The notes beneath the pieces are model-generated. The model was not told where the DNA came from, made no database searches, and saw only the letters and a program-made list of their open reading frames with translations. Of a stretch of DNA of 64,000 nt, positions 55,501 through 64,000 are shown piece by piece. The translations under genes were made by a program, and so were the position numbers. Numbering within the stretch: position 1 is the first letter of the stretch; each line of letters begins with the position of its first letter. Origin of the DNA: Rhodosorus marinus CCMP1338 (Eukaryota > Plantae > Rhodophyta); the NCBI GenBank assembly GCA_029953675.1, contig JAMWBK010000007.1:1364001-1428000 (forward strand), written 5' to 3'.

Positions 55501-57514
55501 CGATCTGTCTGCCTCAAGAATGTCAATAGCCTCTCGTTCTTCGTGTTCTGAACGAGGCGAAGGTAGGCTTCCTCATCATTCTCCTTCAAGGCCTTGAGGC
55601 GTTCCGTGTCTTCCCGCTTCCGTGCCCGCTCTTCAACACGTGCCTGAGTGGCAATGAAAACCGTTGCAGAAAATAAGGGTTGGCTTAAAGAATAAAACAA
55701 AGATTGGAAAAAGTTAATGATCCTTCGTACCCTCATGAGGAAATGCCTCCTGACTCCGTCTGTCGTCCGCTGCAGGGAGCCTTGTACGGCAATATGATGC
55801 TTGCGGAAGTCTGTTGCGTGCAAAGTCAAGTTGGAAAGATAGTTCTTCAGCCGGGAGCGTTGCTTCCGCCGCTTTTCCCGGCGCTGTTGTGTTCTCTGCG
55901 AAGCTAAATCCTTCTCTCCAAATGCTGCTAACCGCAACGAGAGATGAAAGAATGTGAGCAGCCACACAACCGCCATCAAACTCGAACAGCTCTGACAGCG
56001 ATTTCTGGACACCGGAGCGCCGGCTATCCTCGTCCCGTACCTGTTTCGCCCTCTAGGCTTGGAATTCGCCGTTGATAGCAATTACCCATCTCCAGTCTTC
56101 TTTTTATCCACACAGGAGACATAATCCTGTGCAGTTCCAGTACAGCTTGTTTCCGTACTACTCTTTGCAGCCCGACCAGCTCCAGCTTCTTAAGCTCGAG
56201 CGTGGCTTGTCTTCGGATGCTCTCGGGCAGAAGAACAGGTATCTTATGCAACTCCATCATCCTCGACGCCAAGCGGTTGCTTAGTCTTCGCTCTCGCTCC
56301 CGAGCGATTCGCTCATACGAATACTCCTTTGTTTCTGCGACGTCATCCTTATGTTCCACCACATCCGCCCGGGATTGGTCTCGGGTAGTAGAGCTCTCGA
56401 CCTCAGCTTCATCGGCCGGCACTCCAGCTATGAGGGACTTCAGTTCGAGGGAGTCATCTTCTTCACTAGCAGCATTTCTGATAGCCTCAGAAATGTCGAT
56501 CAGAGGAGGTCTATGGAGATCCTCATCCACCGAATCCACTTCCACATCCGAGTCTCGCAGGTTGTCACTGTCCTCAAGCATATCCCTGGAGACTGACGAC
56601 GCCTCCAATCCAACATCCGTCGATACTTGACCAAAGTACTGATCACCTCGATCGCTGGCGACCTGCTTTTTGACCCGCTTGATGCTTTTGGAACCAAGCG
56701 CATCAGATTGATCTGAAATCCTTTTTACCGCAGACTTCGGACTCGACTCTACAGATCCCGACTTTGCCCCCAGCGGTGTTACAGCGGTACTAGTTTGAGC
56801 ACTCTGGTTGGCCTTCCGCGCTGGAGTCCTGGCAGATTGGTCGGCGTTACTGGTCCCGTTCACTTGACCCGTTAATATCATATTCGGAACCGCCTTGGCG
56901 TTGGTCTGCTGAGTTTTCTTCCTTCCCCCCGCGGCACGACCGTACAACCTCGGCGGGGACTTTCGGGCGGAAGCCACAGGAATTACCGTCCGCTCTGTTC
57001 TCGGTGAGCTCAAACGTCCATCAGTCTTGACAGACGCTTCTTGCACTGCTGTTGCCTCCTGCTTGGCGTCAGTTGTTGCCCCATTCTTGCCATCAGTTGA
57101 CAGGAGCTTGTCTCCTGCAGCTCCCAAAGACGCACCCGCACAGGCCAAGATAAGATCTGTTGAAAGCAGAGCATTCTTCTGCAGAGCTCTCACGGCCTCC
57201 ATTTGGGCTTTCGTTTGCACCACTTGGTCTTCATTTGGGTGAGTAGTGCTTTGCGGTCCTTGGCTGATCGACTCCTTACAGGAACCTTGACTTTGGCGAG
57301 AGGCTGACAGTCGGCCTCTAGCATAGGCTAGTATTTCCAGCAACGGTCTTACACGTGGATCCTCAACGCCATTCGAAACTTCGCAAAGTTGTTTAGTCAG
57401 CAACGCGAGCTTCAAAACAAACCCACACTCCTTGGCCTCCCGCGCAAGAGACGCGATTTCGTCGGGAGGTCCTGTTTTGAACCGATCTCCTGTGCTCACA
57501 CCCGAAGATCCCAT
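52575..57514 (-). CDS. SNF2: SWI/SNF ATPase, SNF2/BRM class, without bromodomain; 8 exons, ~1369 aa
   Basis: Exons 57514-56041, 55927-55731, 55643-55476, 55389-55287, 55135-54834, 54707-54318, 54162-53971, 53858-52575. All introns are GT-AG (86-155 bp) and frame-consistent. QLQ-like, [62 protein letters not shown] and SnAC-like motifs. Confidence 0.95.
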
Positions 57515-60500
57515 GAGAGCCAACAAAAAGAAACACAAGAAAGGTTCGCTCTCTAATCCCCGTCTGCACCCCCAACCTAAGTCCTCCAAACCATCAGCAC
57601 CAAGCGCAAGTGATGCTTACTCTAGGGGACAGAAACATGCAAGAATTACCAGCTCTGAAACTGGAAACCGCTCTGCCCAAAACCCTCCGTAAACGACCCT
57701 AGCATCCGCTCATCGCAACTCCTTACCCCAGCAAAGACCTTTAGATAACAACCTTCCAAAAACTCTCCAAAAAAAAAAAATTGAATTGTTTCGCTTCGCC
57801 CCCACCACCCCCCCCCTCCAGAACACAGCGCAATTTGCTTGTATAGTTCAAAAACACAGCCAAGGTCACTCACACAGCATCCGCAAGTCCAGAAAGACTC
57901 CTACTCCGTTCCGCAAAGCGCACCTGGCGACTATTAAATACCCTTCTCCAAACCCCTGTCCCCCAAAAACAGACAGACCAATTCAAACTTCCTCAAAAGA
58001 ACATACGAAACCTTCTGTTTAGTCAAAAAAGCAGTTCAGCAACCCAGGCACACCATCCTTAAAACTAATCTTAATAAAACCTTTGCTCTTTGACAACGAC
58101 GCCCCAAAAGGACGCTCCCAAACCAAACAACCAACAAGTTCTCCACTATAGTATATACCGAGCAATTCTATATTAGTCCAAACCCAACGAAAACACCAGC
58201 TATAGTCCCGTTCATACACTCCAAGAATCAACTTTCTCTAGTCTCCATTCACTCTGCTCACACCTTCCCCATCCCAAAAGCCCCCCTCCCAAAAACGGCG
58301 ACTCCTCATCAAAAATGAATGTCCAAACCATCGGTTCTTCTAAACACTCAACACCACCCCCCCCTTGTCTGTTTTAAATGTTCTTTCCACAGTTTCACAC
58401 AAGTATTGTCCACCCCTTCTAAATCTGCGGAAATAGTCTTGACTAGATTGGACGGAACGAAATGACCCCTCCGTGAATTCTTCCTACTGAGAGAAGTTTG
58501 AGGGGTAGGGTGGATACCCAAGAAATAATAATTTTCTTCTCTTTAATTTTTTACCCTGTTATTTGTATGATCTACGTCCACAAACCACCCCTAGGTTGAG
58601 CGTTTAGGGTTGGGCTATTAACCCTTTGGAGTAGAGGATGAAAATAGAAGGTTTGTTAGGTTCTCGGGGGGTTAGAGAATTCGAAGTTTCTAGTGGATTA
58701 CGGGCGAAGACGGGTGTTTTTCTATGTTTAAGGGGGAGGGTGGGAATTGTGGTCTCGTTTCTAGAGTCGGCATTGTAAGAAAATCACGTGGACCGACCCC
58801 ATATTGTCCAAAGCTAGTAAAGTAGGAACAAGACCTGCTCCGACAGCCCTTGAAGGCGGATAATTAGCCAGGCTTTCATTGACTATGACCCAAGTAAGAC
58901 TAGGGGACCCGAATGTCGAGGTCCGGATGCTCTGAAGACTAGCGGGTCGTATGCTACCAAGGGACGGCCTAGACAACTCTAACTAGCTAAGGTTTTTATT
59001 GACTAAGGTCTAAGCAAGAATAAGCTCCCCCTTTCCCTCCCCCGCCCCCCTGTTCAAAGACCGGAGGGCCTGTACATGATACAAGAGGAACTTCCGAGTG
59101 AGAGCGTTTCGAGTACTTTTGAAGATTATTTTTCTTCTGAGGTTTGCGTTAGGAAGTTCGAGAGTGAAAGTGGAAGCTCGATCACGCAATCACCTGGAGA
59201 GGACGTTGGCCGTGGGTAGATTCATGGCAACCCTAGGATTGATTTGTAGTGTCCAGTTGTGCAAATCGCTTGAACAAGATACAAGATCTACTATAACCGT
59301 CGGGAGATCAGATTGCCTGGGTTGTACGATCGAAGTTCTTGAGTCGAGACGGGTGGATTGCCGGCTTTTGGCATGCCTTTCGGCACTGTACTATAAGACA
59401 CCCAAAAGCTCCCGAGCGCAAACGAACCTAGGGTATGGAAACGGAAATACATGAGGGCAGGACCAACAGCTCAGGTTTCTTCCGTAATCGCAGGATCGCC
59501 TCAAAACTCATGCTGAAAGCAATTTTAGGAACATTCCCTGCAGATGATTTGCCTAGATTGCGGAGGCTGACCAAATTGTAGAGTTCATCTGCTCAGATAA
59601 GCTGTCTTATCACCGCCAGCACACTACGAAGAGCTCGAGACCTACCAATGTAAGACCTCAGCACTTGAATTACGAACCCTTCTGCAGCTTTCTAAAAAAG
59701 CGGCTGAGCCTTTCGTAGACGAGTCGGCCGTCTCCAAGATTGTTCCCGCAGAAACGTCACCCTTGCAAGGGGAAATGAGACCTGTCTTCGTACGTTGTTC
59801 AGCGCAACGGATAAAAAACCGTGCTTCCGAATCTAAGCTCGGAAATGTTCGAACGCCGATTGACACGGCGTGGAACCTACCTCAAGGCTAGTTTCACTCT
59901 GGTCCTCCACAGACAGCCCAGTAGTTTTCAACTGTGAACGCTGTACCTTCCTGGTTTGCTGTATTCTTCAATCAATAAAAATATAACACCCACCGAGCCA
60001 TAAGGGTTCGCGTCCACTGGCACCTCAATCACTCCGCAGCTACCCCAGAGGGCGCGCAAACTCTGCCCATTGAATAATGGAATCTCTCAACTAATCAGAC
60101 GTCCCAGCACCAACTTCCAACCATCACAAAACAAGGCCCACCGGCGCCAGCGAAAAGAAAGTAGATCCCATTGAAAAACCAAAACCCACAACCAGTTTCG
60201 AAAAGAAGTGCGCACATTGGTTCTTAAGACTTCAGTACCCACCTAAGAGAGAAACCCATATCCATGCTCACTACTATCTCCAAGATACAAAAGCCTAGCC
60301 GATTTCGATCCCTCAGAGCTCCCAACCCCCACATAACCATTGCCCAATCCTTCATCAGCAATCAAATAAAATATTCACACGTGTCAAATCCTTTATGGTT
60401 TCAAACTAAAATCCCCTCGAAAAAGATATAAAAACTAAGAAATGTAGGAAACACTTTTTGCCCGTTGAAATATCGAATAACGGAATAAATTCGATCAGCT

Positions 60501-60972
60501 TGCCGTTGGATCAAATCCGTTAAAGAAATTAGAAATAAATGTATAGGGATCCAAGTTTTTGATTTCATAATGAATTTTGAAGGTTTTGGTATTTTTTTAT
60601 TTTCAAACGTTTGAAAAAGTTTCTAGTGCGGTTTTTTTGGGTCTTTTTGAGGTTAAACGAATTTCGCTTAGAAGTGGCGTTTTTGATTGCTTGGAAAGAG
60701 GAGGAAAGAAGAAGTTCGGGAGTTGTTGAGCAATAGCCCGAAGGACTTGTTGAGAGGGCCGGGTGGGCGTGGTTGGATAGTTTTCCGGGATCGTTGGGAG
60801 GTACTGATGAGCTTACCGTATGAGAATTTGTGTCTCTGAATATGCATAGGTGTTGATAGGGAATCTAGGATTGATAGAGAGAGAGATGACTGATTTGGAA
60901 GGGGTGTGACTAACAGATTGCGCGGTGGAGTTGTGAAGTGTGATTGGTGTGGGGTGTGGTGGGCGGAATAAG

Positions 60973-63543
60973 ATGCAGGATGCAGCTCATGATGTTCTCA
61001 ATGGAGGCAACAAAGAAAACACCTCGAGGAATCTCGCGGCGCTGCGAGCACGGGTCAGGATGCTTCGAGAGTCTGGATCGACTCCCGCGAAAGATTCCGA
61101 GAAGGACAAGTCGACCAGGAAGGACGGGAGCGATGTGACATCTTCGATCCAACCGGGTGCTCTGGAGAAGCATGGGAGCTGGGCAAAAGTATTGGACTCA
61201 GTTGAGAGGCACAGCTACGCGAATCTCGACCGCGCAGCGTACCGAAAGGTGGAAAAAATCATCGCGAACCTTAGAAACGACTCTGACAACCCCGAGCGCT
61301 GGCTTCTCATGCTCAACTGTCTCAAGAGCACTTCGTTTAAAAGTCAAATTCCAGTCTCCAACGTGCTTCAACTCTACGAATCGGCCACAAGGAAACTAAA
61401 CCTGAGGGAGAATAGACAGAAGAAAACTTACGTGCAGCTATGGCTTTCTTACGCCACCGAACAGGCGACGATATCCCCAGAGGATGCCCGTGATACCTTT
61501 AAATACATGCGAGCGCATCGAATCGGGGAGGATACAGCAGAGCTCTATGAGACCTGGGCGTTGTTCGAAGCGCGAAATGGAAACTCCGACAAGGCTAAGA
61601 AACTCTTCGAGGAGGCTGCCTCTCGGCGTGCGGACTCTGCGCCTCCGCCCACTAGGGAGGAGAGCGTAATTTCAAATCCCCCGAGAAAACCACCAGCCGC
61701 AGCTGGGGGCAAGTCCAGCGCCTCAGCCGGAAAGGATCTCACGGGCAACACAACTGAAGATCACAGCGGGGATGATACGATTTTGAAGAAACGTGGAAGG
61801 ACGCCTATGCCCATACGGAAACCACTGCTGTCCACAGGTCCTGCGCGTAGAGTACGAAACGACGACACTGTTGATGGGCATCTTGGAATGGACGAGCTGG
61901 TGACCACTGGATCGGAAGGAAGACAGGAAGCCGAGCTCAAGGCGACAGAAACATGGGGCGCTCAGCCGGTCATGGAGATTACCGCCGTTTCTAAAACGGA
62001 GATCAATCAGGGGGAGAGATCAGCGGTTCCCCTTGCGACCGAAACAGTGGAGGCAACGCCTTCCATATCAACCGCTGTGAAGCGTCTGCGGTTGACTTCC
62101 GTGGAGAAAAATCTCAAGTCCGAGTCCTGGTCCTCGCTCTGGACAACGTACGACAATGACAATGAGACCAAATCAAGTGCGACTGAATCTCCAGAGCTCT
62201 CGCGGCACACGCTTGCTGATCCGGCGGACAGCATTCCGGAGGTCGGAGTTAACGACCTGTTCCAGGAAAGCAAGAGCCAAGGTGGTCAGGAGATCTGCGG
62301 GTCAAGTCCGGAAAGAGAAGAACGGGGGAGCAACGGCTATGGAAATGGACAGAAGCAAACAGATTCGTCGGCAGACAATGCACCTATTGCAGCCGCCGTA
62401 CTGCAGGATGAGAAGCGAAGAGACGAGAACGGGAACCGGGATGATCTGGAGACACCGACGGCAACACCGTCTGTTCTTAATTCGATGACGGATTCGGTGG
62501 TTCAGGTCAACGACAAGCAGTTTTTGAGGCTGGAGATGGTGGGCCGAGGGGGATCGTCCAAGGTATACAAGGTGATGGGACCGGACAGGAAGATCTACGC
62601 CTTGAAGAAAGTGAGAATCGGTAAAAAGGACCAGAGCACGATCTCGAGCTACGCCAACGAGATCAAGCTGCTTATGAGGCTACGCGGGAAACCGCATATT
62701 GTACAGCTATTTGACGCGGAAGTGCGCGAGGAAGCGGGCCTGATTTATGTGGTTATGGAGTTTGGCGATATCGACCTCGCCAGGCTGTTGTCAAGAGGTC
62801 GAGGAAAGCCCGTGAACAGCAATTTTCTTAGATTGTATTGGCAGCAGATGCTGGAGGCCGTGCACACGATTCATGAGGAAAGAATCGTACATGGAGACCT
62901 GAAGCCGGCCAACTTTCTGCTCGTCGAAGGAGCACTGAAGCTCATTGACTTTGGTATTGCGAAAGCAATACAGAATGATGATACCACTAACATTGTGAGG
63001 GATTCTCAAGTAGGAACACCTAACTACATGTCTCCGGAGGCACTTCTCTGTGCCCCGGACGGCTCTTCTACTGAGGTTCCCACTGGCCCGAGTGGTCGTA
63101 AGAAGTACAAGCTTGGAAGGGCATCCGATATATGGTCGCTGGGATGTATTCTGTACCAGATGGTTTCTGGGAGAACACCTTTTGCACACCTGAGCATGAT
63201 CCAGAAGCTCCACAGCATAACGGATCCGAGCTACGAGATACAGTTCCCACCCATTCGAAATGCATACCTCCTTGAAGACCTTCGAAAGTGCTTGCAGCGA
63301 GATCCGATGAGAAGGCCCAGCATTCCGGAGCTGCTTAGAAGCCGGTTTCTTTTCCCAGACCAGAGAATGGCGACTGCAGAGGATGAGATGGCTTCAAGAG
63401 CCAGGGGTGTCAACGCGCAAGGCGAGGTTTCGAGGGACATGCTTTCCTCTATTCTAGAACAGCTTCGCTCGATGAACGTCAATATTCCGGCAAAGGTCCT
63501 CAACGATCCAGCGCTAATCGACGAGCTCTTGTCCCGGCTATAA
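60973..63543 (+). CDS. MPS1: MPS1/TTK spindle-checkpoint kinase with N-terminal TPR (856 aa), single exon
   Basis: ATG 60973. GRGGSSKVYKV, YALKKV, IVHGDLKPANFLLVEGALKLIDFGIAKAI..TTNIVRDSQVGTPNYMSPEAL. TPR YVQLWLSYA..DARDTFKYM..IG..AELYETWALFE. Confidence 0.95.
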   Translation: MQDAAHDVLNGGNKENTSRNLAALRARVRMLRESGSTPAKDSEKDKSTRKDGSDVTSSIQPGALEKHGSWAKVLDSVERHSYANLDRAAYRKVEKIIANLRNDSDNPERWLLMLNCLKSTSFKSQIPVSNVLQLYESATRKLNLRENRQKKTYVQLWLSYATEQATISPEDARDTFKYMRAHRIGEDTAELYETWALFEARNGNSDKAKKLFEEAASRRADSAPPPTREESVISNPPRKPPAAAGGKSSASAGKDLTGNTTEDHSGDDTILKKRGRTPMPIRKPLLSTGPARRVRNDDTVDGHLGMDELVTTGSEGRQEAELKATETWGAQPVMEITAVSKTEINQGERSAVPLATETVEATPSISTAVKRLRLTSVEKNLKSESWSSLWTTYDNDNETKSSATESPELSRHTLADPADSIPEVGVNDLFQESKSQGGQEICGSSPEREERGSNGYGNGQKQTDSSADNAPIAAAVLQDEKRRDENGNRDDLETPTATPSVLNSMTDSVVQVNDKQFLRLEMVGRGGSSKVYKVMGPDRKIYALKKVRIGKKDQSTISSYANEIKLLMRLRGKPHIVQLFDAEVREEAGLIYVVMEFGDIDLARLLSRGRGKPVNSNFLRLYWQQMLEAVHTIHEERIVHGDLKPANFLLVEGALKLIDFGIAKAIQNDDTTNIVRDSQVGTPNYMSPEALLCAPDGSSTEVPTGPSGRKKYKLGRASDIWSLGCILYQMVSGRTPFAHLSMIQKLHSITDPSYEIQFPPIRNAYLLEDLRKCLQRDPMRRPSIPELLRSRFLFPDQRMATAEDEMASRARGVNAQGEVSRDMLSSILEQLRSMNVNIPAKVLNDPALIDELLSRL

Positions 63544-64000
63544 ACTAAAATTGAAAGAAAACGAATACTGCTTTATAAGATCTACGAGGTCTGATTCTCA
63601 CCAGTCCCCTTGGTCGCCACGCTATAGGTGGGAGTTCTCAGAACGTCCACTCAACAGAGAAGCTGACAACATCTCGTGGGACAAGAACTGTGGCTTGTCC
63701 CAATGTTGGGCACTTACGGATGAGAGGATGCCCTGACTAGCTCAAAGGGCCCTACCTCGGAGTTGGTTTCGCAGCTGCCAATGAAACTTTTCACCGCTTA
63801 GTTTATCAATTTACTGAACTAGACAGGTAACGACGTTGGTCCGAACGGTGCCACTCTCCAGGAATGTTGTCCAAACTCCGAAACAAGAGCTTCCTTCTTC
63901 TCATATCCGACTCCGATTTCAGGTCAAGCTGAGAAGACCCCCCGATCTGACACATTCTGGTCGGTTTGAAACATATTTCTGCCCGGCTAGAGCCCCTCTG

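Overview
Eukaryotic, gene-sparse DNA that looks subtelomeric. It has GT-AG introns, ~50% GC, intronless secreted proteins, and MPS1, SNF2 and ABCA genes. The gene content fits a unicellular red alga, but that is inference. Bases 1-8.8 kb are a rearranged, mostly head-to-tail stack of truncated CRE-clade non-LTR retrotransposon pieces: restriction-like endonuclease (RLE) ends and gag/ORF1-like starts, with no RT domain in the window. The junctions repeatedly fall at one 16-nt motif (circular consensus AACCCCAGACTAACGT / GGGGTTACGTTAGTCT). This motif is a candidate novel telomere repeat and/or insertion target, suggesting a MoTeR/Cnl1-like telomere-associated retroelement system. Bases 9-52 kb hold five intronless signal-peptide genes (RTX-repeat, Cys-rich coiled-coil, stand-alone C2, 449-aa orphan, 3xShKT), a PHO80/U-type cyclin, two C2H2 paralogs and a full-size ABCA transporter. 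These are interspersed with a decayed Copia carrying nested insertions, a second Copia 3' end, two copies of a hAT-like MITE, another CRE remnant and a dispersed unclassified repeat. Bases 52.5-63.5 kb hold an 8-exon bromodomain-less SNF2/BRM ATPase and an MPS1/TTK kinase.
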